DNA from: Alphaproteobacteria bacterium
GTDB taxonomy: Bacteria > Pseudomonadota > Alphaproteobacteria > RF32 > CAG-239
DNA length: 64,000 bases
Assembly (NCBI GenBank): GCA_016283295.1
Contig: JAEEMQ010000049.1
Location: 1,811-65,810, forward strand
Direction of reading: 5' to 3'
Shown here: one piece after another, positions 1 through 7,940 of the stretch
Layout: every line of letters starts with the position of its first letter
Position numbering within the stretch: the stretch's first letter is position 1
The notes under the pieces: generated by a model
What the model was told of the DNA's origin: nothing
Seen by the model: the letters and a program-made list of their open reading frames with translations, nothing else
Databases searched by the model: none
Translations under genes and position numbers: made by a program

Positions 1-23
1 TAGAAACATCTCCGAAAACAGGA

Positions 24-60
24 CTCGTCATTACAAGGAACATAGCGACGTGGTAATCTC
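24..60 (+). repeat. Short dispersed repeat unit, pattern CTCGTCATTACRAGGAA-(spacer)-GACGTGGTAATCTCA
   Basis: The left arm matches 45349..45391 at 16 of 17 nt. The 15-nt right arm GACGTGGTAATCTCA is identical in both copies. Confidence 0.6.
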
Positions 61-218
61 AATACATCGCTTTGCGTCCTCGGTATTTATAGTCATCCCT
101 TGCGGTGTGCGGCGCATCACCGTATCAAAGGATCTTATCTTTGCGGAGCGCAAATTATAATAGGAAGTGGCACTGCGTGCCAAAAGTCAAGATACCTTGA
201 CGCACGGACACATGGTGC

Positions 219-330
219 CGTGCGAGGTATGACGATAATACTTATTACACGGCGACGTGTGAGATTGCTCCTGTTCCATTCAGAACGGCGGATAGAGTGA
301 GATTACTTCGCTACGCTTCGTTCTCCTTAT
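219..330. repeat. Cluster of degenerate fragments of the same repeat family, in mixed orientation
   Basis: Fragments CGAGGTATGACGA, GACGTGTGAGATTGC and GAGATTACTTCGCTACGCTTCG resemble the arms of the 24..60 unit in both orientations. The region is non-coding. Confidence 0.35.
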
Positions 331-429
331 TCGTTCGCTGTCGCTCACCGGCGTACTCCCATCCGCCTTTCATTCGTCGTCGAACCACTTCCCCGTGAGT
401 TCTCATCTTCTCATCCGCTTATTTACGGC

Positions 430-451
430 AAAACCCTCCGCTAGGGAGGGC
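430..451 (-). terminator. Rho-independent terminator downstream of tRNA-Ser
   Basis: Hairpin CCCTCC-GCTA-GGGAGG. On the minus strand it is followed by TTTT. Confidence 0.6.
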
Positions 452-462
452 TTTATCGTAAA

Positions 463-553
463 TGGCGGATAGAGAGGGATTCGAACCCTCGGTACCCTTT
501 GGAGGTACACACGATTTCCAATCGTGCGCCTTCGACCACTCGGCCATCTATCC
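463..553 (-). tRNA. tRNA-Ser (anticodon GGA), type II with long variable arm and encoded CCA
   Basis: The reverse complement gives acceptor GGATAGA/TCTATCC and anticodon stem CACGA/TCGTG with loop TTGGAAA (anticodon GGA). It also has a variable arm GTACC..GGTAC, T-arm GAGGG-TTCGAAT-CCCTC, discriminator G and CCA. Length is 91 nt. Confidence 0.9.
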
Positions 554-631
554 ATTCAAATCTACACCTGTATAAACCGATATTTTTATTTTCGCAAGCT
601 TTTTTTATAAAATTGTGTATTTAAAAATATC

Positions 632-660
632 TTGACACCTCTCCCCCATTTAAATACTAT
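632..660 (+). promoter_or_regulatory. Near-consensus sigma70 promoter
   Basis: TTGACA (632..637), a 17-nt spacer, then TACTAT (655..660). It is divergent from the tRNA-Ser gene. Confidence 0.55.
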
Positions 661-666
661 ATCATT

Positions 667-924
667 GTTCGGATTAATCCGAAAAGTGCCTGAAAAGGTG
701 CGGAGCCGTCAGAAGCTCTTACTCACAGCGGTGTCGGATATACACCGTCAGAAAATTACCTTGTCTATAAGGTAATTATGCTTATATCCCCCGATTGAAA
801 CTCTCGTTTTGGTCGGGGAGCTTATAGCGTATGTTCAGGTTTTGCCAAAGGCTATAAGATCATTTCTGTGAGTATGATTTCTGAACTCCCCGATCACCTT
901 TTTTCAGGGTGATTTTTTTATTTT
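667..924 (+). ncRNA. Candidate structured RNA: a riboswitch-like attenuating leader of the 940..1536 gene, or a small RNA. Class not recognised.
   Basis: Bounded by the promoter at 632..660 and the terminator at 892..924. Hairpins at 668..683, 729..747, 754..777 (9 bp), 789..828 and 831..858. Long-range pairs 720..728/866..874 (9 bp) and 710..714/879..883. Alternative 8-bp pairing 823..830 with 886..893 abuts the terminator arm. Confidence 0.4.
892..924 (+). terminator. Intrinsic terminator inside the 5' leader, 16 nt before the ATG at 940
   Basis: Stem ATCACC (893..898) pairs with GGTGAT (908..913), followed by TTTTTTTATTTT. Confidence 0.6.
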
Positions 925-939
925 GAACGGAGAGTTTTT

Positions 940-1536
940 ATGAAGAAAATACTTTTTATATTGCCGCTTTTATTGACTGCCTGCGGAACAATTTTCAGCG
1001 GCTCTACTCAAACAATAAGTTTTGATTCCAATGTAAAAGATGTTAAAATATATGTAAACGGACAACAAGTTTGCACTCAAGTTCCTTGTTCCATAGACGT
1101 TGACAGAGAATCGTCCCCGCTTATTGTTATGGCAAAGCGCGACGGATATAAAGACGGAATGGCAAATATTAAATCAAAAATAAATCCGACAGCTTGGTTC
1201 AATGTTTTATGGTTATACGGCTCGTTCAGTGCCGCGACAACCGATTATGCTATGGGTGGATTATGGAAATACACGCAAGATGGAGTTTACATCAACATGG
1301 AGCTGGAAAATATGAAACATGCAGAATTGCAAAAATTCCGCAAAAACTCACAAATCCGTGCTTTTAGTTTGTTTAATTATAAAGATTTACAAATGGAAGC
1401 TGCCCTGCATCAAAATGGTGAATACACCAAAGCCTTATCCGAATTAACAGGGTTAAGTGCCAAAGAATTGCATCCGACTATTATAGAGTCACGAACAGAA
1501 GTTTCGCTGGCACATAATCTAACCGGATTAAATTAA
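940..1536 (+). CDS. Lipoprotein, PEGA-like N-terminal domain
   Basis: Signal peptide with lipobox LLTAC. SD GGAGAG lies 6 nt upstream. The segment ISFDSNVKDVKIYVNGQQV..PCSIDV resembles a PEGA domain. Confidence 0.65.
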   Translation: MKKILFILPLLLTACGTIFSGSTQTISFDSNVKDVKIYVNGQQVCTQVPCSIDVDRESSPLIVMAKRDGYKDGMANIKSKINPTAWFNVLWLYGSFSAATTDYAMGGLWKYTQDGVYINMELENMKHAELQKFRKNSQIRAFSLFNYKDLQMEAALHQNGEYTKALSELTGLSAKELHPTIIESRTEVSLAHNLTGLN

Positions 1537-1543
1537 GCAAACC

Positions 1544-1576
1544 AAAAACCGCCGAGCCAATAACTCAGCGGTTTTT
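1544..1576. terminator. Bidirectional terminator between convergent genes
   Basis: AAAAACCGCCGAG - loop - CTCAGCGGTTTTT, with an A-run on the left and a T-run on the right. Confidence 0.7.
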
Positions 1577-1603
1577 CTTTCCCGAAATATTATTCAAAAA
1601 TTA

Positions 1604-2059
1604 TCAATAATACGGGATAATTCTTGAAGTCGCACCGTTAATCAGCATACATCTCTGACCGGCCGAAAGCAACGTATCCGTACCTTGGGTTACGCTGTAA
1701 ATTTGGCCGCTGTCGGTACGAACCACATATTCGTAACCGCCCTGGCTCATAATCTGATCTTGAGCCAAAGCACCGACCGCCATACCGGCCAAAGCACCGC
1801 CGATTGCGCCCAATGTGTGAGCACTGCTGCCGTGACCGATGGTTGAACCGGCAACACCGCCGGCAACACCGCCGAGTACACCGCCGGTAGAGTTATCACT
1901 GCTGCTGACATTTACCTGACGTACCGACATAACCGTGCACGGAAAACCGTTGCTGGCCTGGCGAACCGAGTCATAATCATAATCGTTACTGCCGATGCGC
2001 GGGGTGCAGGCGGCAACAGCCAAAATAACCGGAACGGCGAATAATATTGCTTTTTTCAT
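1604..2059 (-). CDS. Glycine-zipper outer membrane lipoprotein (SlyB/Pcp, 17-kDa antigen-like)
   Basis: Lipobox LAVAAC. Gly-zipper tract GGVLGGVAGGVAGSTIGHGSSAHTLGAIGGALAGMAVGA. Confidence 0.75.
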   Translation of the reverse strand: MKKAILFAVPVILAVAACTPRIGSNDYDYDSVRQASNGFPCTVMSVRQVNVSSSDNSTGGVLGGVAGGVAGSTIGHGSSAHTLGAIGGALAGMAVGALAQDQIMSQGGYEYVVRTDSGQIYSVTQGTDTLLSAGQRCMLINGATSRIIPYY

Positions 2060-2188
2060 TGCGTATCTCCTAAATATTAACTATATACATAATTATCCAT
2101 AACTTTTTTGTTGTCAAGACTAGACAATTAAATATCAATGTTATATAGTGCATAAAATTTTGATTTTTAAAACTTATCAGAGGGAAAA

Positions 2189-3577
2189 ATGTTAAAAAGA
2201 ACTAAAATAAAAAAATTATTGGCTTCCGAGCAGACTATTGCCGAAGTTTTGGTAAAAGGTTGGGTTAAAACAAAACGCGACTCCAAGGATTTTTCGTTTA
2301 TTGAAGTGAACGACGGTTCGTGTTTGAAAAATATACAGGTTATCGCCAATAATACCCTCAATAATTATGATGAAGTTAAAAAGCTGACCACCGGCTCGTC
2401 GATTGCGGTTAAGGGTGCGCTTATCGAATCCGCCGGCGGCAAACAAAAATACGAAATCAAGGCCGAAAATATCGAAATTTACGGTATTGCGCCGGACGAT
2501 TATCCGCTGCAAAAAAAGGGGATGAGCGACGAATTTTTGCGTTCGATTGCCCACTTGCGCCCGCGTACCAATAAATACGGCGCGGCTTTCCGCGTTCGTT
2601 CGCGGCTTTCGTATGCAATTCACCAGTTTTTCCAAAACCGCGGCTTTGTGTATGTTCACACTCCGCTGATTACGGCTTCCGACTGCGAAGGCGCCGGAGA
2701 AATGTTCCAGGTTACAACGCTCGATTTGAAGAATCCGCCGCTGTTACCGAACGGTGAAGTTGATTACGGCAAAGATTTCTTCGGCAAAAAGTCGAGTTTG
2801 ACCGTTTCCGGCCAGCTCAACGGCGAAATGTATGCCTGCGCTTTGGGCGATATTTATACCTTCGGACCGACCTTCCGCGCCGAAAACTCCAACACCCCGC
2901 GCCATGCCGCCGAGTTCTGGATGATTGAGCCGGAAATGGCTTTTGCCGACCTCAATGACGATATGGATTTGGCCGAAGATATGGTGCGCTATCTGGTTAA
3001 GGATATTATGGAAAACTGCGCCGATGATTTGGATTTGTTTGAAAAATTCATTGACCCGACCTTGAAGCAAACGCTGACGAATATTGTTGAAAACGGCTTT
3101 GCCCGCATTACTTACACCGAAGCTATCGAAATTATGAAAAAATCGGGCAAGAATTTTGAATATACGCCGGAATACGGTATCGATTTACAAACCGAGCACG
3201 AGCGCTATCTGGCGGAAGAACACTTTAAGCGTCCGGTGATTGTGCGCGATTATCCGAAAGAAATCAAAGCGTTTTATATGCGCCTTAACGAAGACGGCAA
3301 AACCGTGGCGGCGATGGATGTGTTGGTACCGAGAATCGGCGAGCTTATCGGCGGTTCGCAACGTGAAGACCGCTATGATGTTCTGGTGCAAAAAATCAAA
3401 GATTTGGGTATGGATATCAAAAATTATGAATGGTATCTCGACTCGCGCAAATACGGCACGGTGCCGCATGCCGGCTTCGGTTTGGGCTTTGAGCGCATGA
3501 TGATGCTGGTTACCGGCATTACCAACATTCGCGACACCATCCCGTTCCCGCGTACTCCGAAATCGGTGGCATTTTAA
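2189..3577 (+). CDS. asnS: Asparagine--tRNA ligase
   Basis: Class II motifs [24 protein letters not shown] and [10 protein letters not shown]. Length 462 aa. Confidence 0.95.
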   Translation: MLKRTKIKKLLASEQTIAEVLVKGWVKTKRDSKDFSFIEVNDGSCLKNIQVIANNTLNNYDEVKKLTTGSSIAVKGALIESAGGKQKYEIKAENIEIYGIAPDDYPLQKKGMSDEFLRSIAHLRPRTNKYGAAFRVRSRLSYAIHQFFQNRGFVYVHTPLITASDCEGAGEMFQVTTLDLKNPPLLPNGEVDYGKDFFGKKSSLTVSGQLNGEMYACALGDIYTFGPTFRAENSNTPRHAAEFWMIEPEMAFADLNDDMDLAEDMVRYLVKDIMENCADDLDLFEKFIDPTLKQTLTNIVENGFARITYTEAIEIMKKSGKNFEYTPEYGIDLQTEHERYLAEEHFKRPVIVRDYPKEIKAFYMRLNEDGKTVAAMDVLVPRIGELIGGSQREDRYDVLVQKIKDLGMDIKNYEWYLDSRKYGTVPHAGFGLGFERMMMLVTGITNIRDTIPFPRTPKSVAF

Positions 3578-3586
3578 GGATAAACG

Positions 3587-4228
3587 ATGAAAAAATTTCT
3601 GACGGCATTTATTTTTTGTTTCGGTTCTCTGATTTTTGCGGCAACGGCGCAAGAAACGGCTGAAAATACCGAAACCGCGCTTCAATCCGACGCCGCGGAA
3701 AACATGCCGGCGGAAAACATTGAGCCGCAAGCGGATGAGCTGATTGACGATACGTCCGTTAAACCGCTGGAAACGCACTTGTCCGAATCCGAAAAAATGC
3801 AGGAAGAGAGTTCCGATTTAAACTATATTGCCGACGAAACGCCGCGGCCGGATTTGTTGTGCGAAGATGAAAACTTGTTCAAGCAAATAAAAGATTTTAT
3901 CTTTGCTTCCGAACAGGAAAAGCCGACAAATTCCGTACACGAAAAGCGTTCACGCATTTTGCTGGTTAACAACCTGCATCCATTTGCAGAAGTAACTCAA
4001 GACGCTTTGCGCGGCAATTTTGAGGCATCGGCCGCTTTGGCTAATCTCAGAATCAACGAAAATCGCGAAATTCATCGTATTTGCGCCAGTTATGATAACC
4101 AGTCCAAAAAATTTAAGGATACTTATGTCATTATTTATCCTTATCTCGACCGCTACAAAGTCGTTGTTACCAACATTATGCTGTTGCCGGAAAAAATGGA
4201 CGATGCAACTTTTATTTTTAAGCGGTAG
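3587..4228 (+). CDS. Secreted hypothetical protein
   Basis: Signal peptide MKKFLTAFIFCFGSLIFAATAQ followed by an acidic N-terminal tract. SD AAGGA. No recognisable domain. Confidence 0.55.
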   Translation: MKKFLTAFIFCFGSLIFAATAQETAENTETALQSDAAENMPAENIEPQADELIDDTSVKPLETHLSESEKMQEESSDLNYIADETPRPDLLCEDENLFKQIKDFIFASEQEKPTNSVHEKRSRILLVNNLHPFAEVTQDALRGNFEASAALANLRINENREIHRICASYDNQSKKFKDTYVIIYPYLDRYKVVVTNIMLLPEKMDDATFIFKR

Positions 4229-4234
4229 GTTTTA

Positions 4235-5137
4235 ATGAGTAACAGCACAGACCTTGTCGTATACGAAAATAAATCCAATCTGCCGGTCGTTATCGATGAT
4301 GACGGATTGCATCGCTATTTGCAACAAATAAAGCAATTTCCGGTATTGAGTCCGGAAGAAGAAATTGATTTGGTGCGCCAATTCAAAGAAAAAGGTGACT
4401 TGCAAGCGGCACAAAAACTCATTACTTCGCATTTACGTTTAGCGGTTAAAATTGCGCTGACTTATCGCCACTACGGGTTACCGACGGCGGACTTGATTTC
4501 CGAAGCCAACATCGGTTTAATGCAGGCGGTTAAAAAATTTGACATCAACAAAAATGTTCGCCTCTCCACTTATGCCATGCTGTGGATTAAGGCCGCACTC
4601 AACGATTTTGTTTTGCGCTCGTGGTCGCTTGTTAAAATCGGCACGGTGGCGGCGCAGAAAAAACTTTTTTATAATTTAGGCAGAATCAAGGCGCGCCTGG
4701 GGCTTTACGACAACAAAGAACTGGCACCGAGCGAAGTCAAACAAATTGCCCATGAGCTGGTGGTTGATGAAAGAGATGTGGTGGAAATGAATCGTCGCAT
4801 CGGCGGCGACAGTTCGCTCAATGTTGCGGTCGGGCACGATGATGACGCAGTTGAAGCCATTGATTTGCTCGCCGATAAATCGCAAAATATCGAAGGCAGT
4901 TACGCCCGCCGCGAGGAAGCAGAGTTAAAGCGTCGTATTCTGTTTCAGGCACTTTCAAAACTCAACGACCGCGAACAATATATTGTCAAAAATCGTATGC
5001 TGACCGAAACGCCGGAAACTTTGGATGAAATCGGCGAAAGATTCCAGATCAGCCGCGAAAGAGTGCGCCAAATCGAAAAACGCGCCTTTGAAAAACTCTC
5101 GGACGAAGTTAAACAATCCATGGCCGCCGCGGAATGA
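4235..5137 (+). CDS. rpoH: RNA polymerase sigma-32 (heat-shock sigma factor)
   Basis: Sigma70 regions 2-4 are present. RpoH-box-like AQKKLFYNLGRIK. Length 300 aa. Confidence 0.9.
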   Translation: MSNSTDLVVYENKSNLPVVIDDDGLHRYLQQIKQFPVLSPEEEIDLVRQFKEKGDLQAAQKLITSHLRLAVKIALTYRHYGLPTADLISEANIGLMQAVKKFDINKNVRLSTYAMLWIKAALNDFVLRSWSLVKIGTVAAQKKLFYNLGRIKARLGLYDNKELAPSEVKQIAHELVVDERDVVEMNRRIGGDSSLNVAVGHDDDAVEAIDLLADKSQNIEGSYARREEAELKRRILFQALSKLNDREQYIVKNRMLTETPETLDEIGERFQISRERVRQIEKRAFEKLSDEVKQSMAAAE

Positions 5138-5979
5138 GCACCTTTTTTGAACAAATCGTTGCCGAATTAGCCGCCGCCGGTATTCCCGGTCCGCGTTTGG
5201 AAACTCGTTTGCTGATTGCCGCGGTACTCAAAATCGAACCGTCGGCGGTGTTTACCGATGTAGCACCGAACGCGGCACAAACGGCAGAAATTCGCCGCCT
5301 GCTTGCACAAAGATTACAACATAAACCTCTCGATAAAATTTTGGGTCACCGCGAGTTTTATAAGTTTGATTTTTTGGTTGACGAGAATGTGTTGTCGCCG
5401 CGAGCAGACACCGAAATTTTGGTAGAAGAAGCCCTGCGCCTGCCGTTGGCGGAAAAAGCCCGCATATTGGATTTAGGCACCGGTAGCGGCTGCATTATCG
5501 AAACATTGTTGGCGGAAAAACCGGCGATGTCGGGAGTGGCGGTCGATATATCCGCCGAAAGTTTGCAAGTGGCGCAAAAAAATGCCGAAAAGCTGGGAGT
5601 GGATAAGCATTTGCAATTTATGCAAGCCGATTGGTTTGCCGCTGACTTTTGCGAGCGAATCGGCGAAAAATTCGATATGATTACGGCCAATCCGCCGTAT
5701 ATTCCGACGGCCGATATTGCTACCCTTGAGCCGGAAGTGAAAAATTATGACCCGCCGGCGGCACTGAGTGGAGGTACGGACGGCTTTGACAGCTATCGCC
5801 GAATTGCCGTCGTGGCGCCGGAGTTGTTAAAAGACGGGGCTTATATTTTGCTTGAGGCCGGCATCGGTCAGGCCGCCGAAATTGCTGCCTTATTTATGCG
5901 ACAAGGGCTGAAACATCTCCGCACCCTCGCCGATTTGAGCGGCATCGACCGCTGTGTCGTTTTGCAAAAAGGCAAATAA
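5134..5979 (+). CDS. prmC: Release factor glutamine N5-methyltransferase
   Basis: SAM-binding LDLGTGSGCI and catalytic NPPY (ITANPPYIP). Overlaps the rpoH stop by 4 nt. Confidence 0.9.
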   Translation: MSTFFEQIVAELAAAGIPGPRLETRLLIAAVLKIEPSAVFTDVAPNAAQTAEIRRLLAQRLQHKPLDKILGHREFYKFDFLVDENVLSPRADTEILVEEALRLPLAEKARILDLGTGSGCIIETLLAEKPAMSGVAVDISAESLQVAQKNAEKLGVDKHLQFMQADWFAADFCERIGEKFDMITANPPYIPTADIATLEPEVKNYDPPAALSGGTDGFDSYRRIAVVAPELLKDGAYILLEAGIGQAAEIAALFMRQGLKHLRTLADLSGIDRCVVLQKGK

Positions 5980-6037
5980 GTCCGCCTTAAAGAAAAAGTT
6001 TAGTTTTCAAAATTCGCCGATAATTTGCAAAAAGCTG

Positions 6038-6066
6038 TTGCCAAAAGCAAAAAAAGTTAGTATATA
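6038..6066 (+). promoter_or_regulatory. Candidate sigma70 promoter of the DUF4167 gene
   Basis: TTGCCA, a 17-nt spacer, then TATATA (TATAAT two nt further downstream). Confidence 0.4.
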
Positions 6067-6134
6067 ATTGACCTAGGGCATTTTTGGTCGCCCGTTTAAG
6101 ATAAAAAATTAGCTGAAATATTGAATGGATTTAC

Positions 6135-6686
6135 ATGAAAAAAATCAATAATAATAAATTTCGCGGCAATGCCGTATATTCTTTGAATTATAAATTTGAC
6201 AGTGTCAGCCCGGCCGGCAAATGCAGCGGAACGGCACTTGATTTGATTAAACGCTATAACGAATTGGCTAAAGAAGCCCAAAACAACGGCGATTATGTCG
6301 GTATGGAAGTATTCCGCCAATATGCCGAGCATTATCGCAAAATCGTAACCGAAATCAACGAGCGCAAATATCAGGCGCGCGATAATCAAAACGGCGGCAA
6401 CAATACGGAGGCCGCAGCCGAAAATAATTCCGGCGAATCGGTAAATAACGGTCTGGTAGAAACACAAAGTGCCGAGCCGGCACCGGCGGCAAGCGAAACT
6501 CCGACGCAAACGACAGAACCGGCGCGTAAACCGCGTAGAACCCGGGCATTTACGGTTATCGATGCCAGCAATTCCGCCGAACCGGCTGCCGAAACAACTT
6601 CTTTAGAAACCGAGGCCGAAGCTAAACCGCAACGCCGTCACTATACGCGCAAACCGAAAGTTCTTACCAAAACTGCCGATGAATAA
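6135..6686 (+). CDS. DUF4167 domain protein (alphaproteobacterial family)
   Basis: The segment FDSVSPAGKCSGTALDLIKRYNELAKEAQNNGDYVGMEVFRQYAEHYRKI matches my recollection of the DUF4167 core. The tail is disordered and Pro/Glu/Thr-rich. Confidence 0.65.
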   Translation: MKKINNNKFRGNAVYSLNYKFDSVSPAGKCSGTALDLIKRYNELAKEAQNNGDYVGMEVFRQYAEHYRKIVTEINERKYQARDNQNGGNNTEAAAENNSGESVNNGLVETQSAEPAPAASETPTQTTEPARKPRRTRAFTVIDASNSAEPAAETTSLETEAEAKPQRRHYTRKPKVLTKTADE

Positions 6687-6716
6687 ACATCTTATGTGCT
6701 TATAAAGGTGAAATAC

Positions 6717-7142
6717 ATGGATAAGTTGGCTTTGGCTCGGCAAATTGCCGCAAACGAAGACGTATCTACTCCGCCGGACAGCGTGGTGTTATACAGTATC
6801 AGCTATCAACCGACCGACGAAAACAAGCGCAGGGCCTTGCGTTTTTTGGCCGAACACCCGGGGTTTTATACCTTGGATGATACGGTTTGCGGCCAAAAAC
6901 TGATGGCACTCGGTTTGGAAACCGGCAACGATAAACCAGACCCCGAATTGCTGAAAATCTGGGCAACCGCGTCGCGCCGTTTTATTTTGGCGGCGGCGGG
7001 CAACGTTACCGCATTTGTTGATAATGCCGATAAGCGCAGCACTTTTGTTTCGGTCGAGTTGCCGCTGATTTTGCAAAACGCGGAGATAAAAAACATCAAC
7101 GGGCAGGATAAATTTGTTTTTGCCGCGCAATTTCAGGAATAG
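6717..7142 (+). CDS. Hypothetical protein
   Basis: ATG at 6717 with AAGGTG 8 nt upstream (the ORF track starts at GTG 6696). No recognised domain. Confidence 0.5.
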   Translation: MDKLALARQIAANEDVSTPPDSVVLYSISYQPTDENKRRALRFLAEHPGFYTLDDTVCGQKLMALGLETGNDKPDPELLKIWATASRRFILAAAGNVTAFVDNADKRSTFVSVELPLILQNAEIKNINGQDKFVFAAQFQE

Positions 7143-7147
7143 CCTTA

Positions 7148-7651
7148 ATGCCAGCTTATCTTATCATCGGCAATATTTTTTCTTTGTTATCCGCAATTTG
7201 CATCGCCGTATCGGTCATCAAAAAAAACAAAAACGACTTGATTTGGTGGCAAATATTGGACGTGATTTTTTGCATTTTATCCAACATCGCGCTATATACT
7301 TACGCGGCCTTAACCACCAACAGCGTGGCACTTATTCGCAACATTTTGGCCTATAAAAACAAGCTGACCGAAAAACTGACGTTTGTTTTGATGATTTTGT
7401 GCATTGTTGCCGGACTGTGGGCCAATAACCGCGGCATAATCGGGCTGTTTCCGATTGTTGCTTCGGCGAGCTACACCGTGTTGATGTACACTACCCGTAA
7501 CGACCAGCAAATGCGTTATGCGCTGATTTCCAATCTGTTGCTGTGGTTTGTGCACGATTTTTATGTTCAGGCCTATCCTTCGGCGCTGACCGATGCGGCG
7601 CTGAGTGTATGGACAGCGGTGCAAATTATTCGCCACCGCCAAGCGGCATAG
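7148..7651 (+). CDS. YgjV-like inner membrane protein
   Basis: About 5 TM segments. Size and spacing resemble E. coli YgjV. Confidence 0.5.
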   Translation: MPAYLIIGNIFSLLSAICIAVSVIKKNKNDLIWWQILDVIFCILSNIALYTYAALTTNSVALIRNILAYKNKLTEKLTFVLMILCIVAGLWANNRGIIGLFPIVASASYTVLMYTTRNDQQMRYALISNLLLWFVHDFYVQAYPSALTDAALSVWTAVQIIRHRQAA

Positions 7652-7656
7652 CTTTA

Positions 7657-7872
7657 CTAAGCATTATCCGCCGGCACATTTTCATCCATAATCGAAATAG
7701 CGCCCACGGGGCAGGAACTAACCGCCTCCTCCACTTTATCTTGCATCCCCTCCGGCGTTTCGGCATAAACTTCGGAGATTCCGTCGGCATTAATCCGAAA
7801 AACTTCCGGCGCCGTACTGACGCAAAGTCCGCAACCGATACACAAATCCGGATTTACATACGCTCTTTTCAT
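7657..7872 (-). CDS. Small ferredoxin (single Fe-S cluster type)
   Basis: CIGCGLC...CP motif. Length 71 aa. Confidence 0.85.
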   Translation of the reverse strand: MKRAYVNPDLCIGCGLCVSTAPEVFRINADGISEVYAETPEGMQDKVEEAVSSCPVGAISIMDENVPADNA

Positions 7873-7940
7873 AACAACTCCTTTCCGTTAAACATTGGCA
7901 ACGGAAAATATATGCTGATTCGGGAAATTTTCAATATACA

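Noticed and set aside
100-300. 66-aa ORF in the repeat tract; likewise 45136..45441 and 45455..45683
   Set aside because: These ORFs run through dispersed-repeat copies and terminators, have no RBS and have odd composition. They are most likely artefacts of the repeat sequence.
287-474. 11-bp direct repeat GGCGGATAGAG (287..297 and 464..474) as attL/attR of an integrated element
   Set aside because: The copies are only 11 bp long and about 175 bp apart, with no integrase or cargo between them. At most this is a scar. It is kept only as a low-interest note.
667-924. Assignment of the structured RNA to tmRNA, RNase P RNA, SRP RNA, 6S RNA or a known riboswitch class
   Set aside because: I found no tRNA-like end or tag ORF, no GGAAAGUCCGG-type RNase P core and no SRP GGAA/AGCA domain. 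No TPP, cobalamin, FMN, glycine, c-di-GMP or Mn aptamer consensus was present either. A 6S-like rod is possible but unsupported, so the class is left open.
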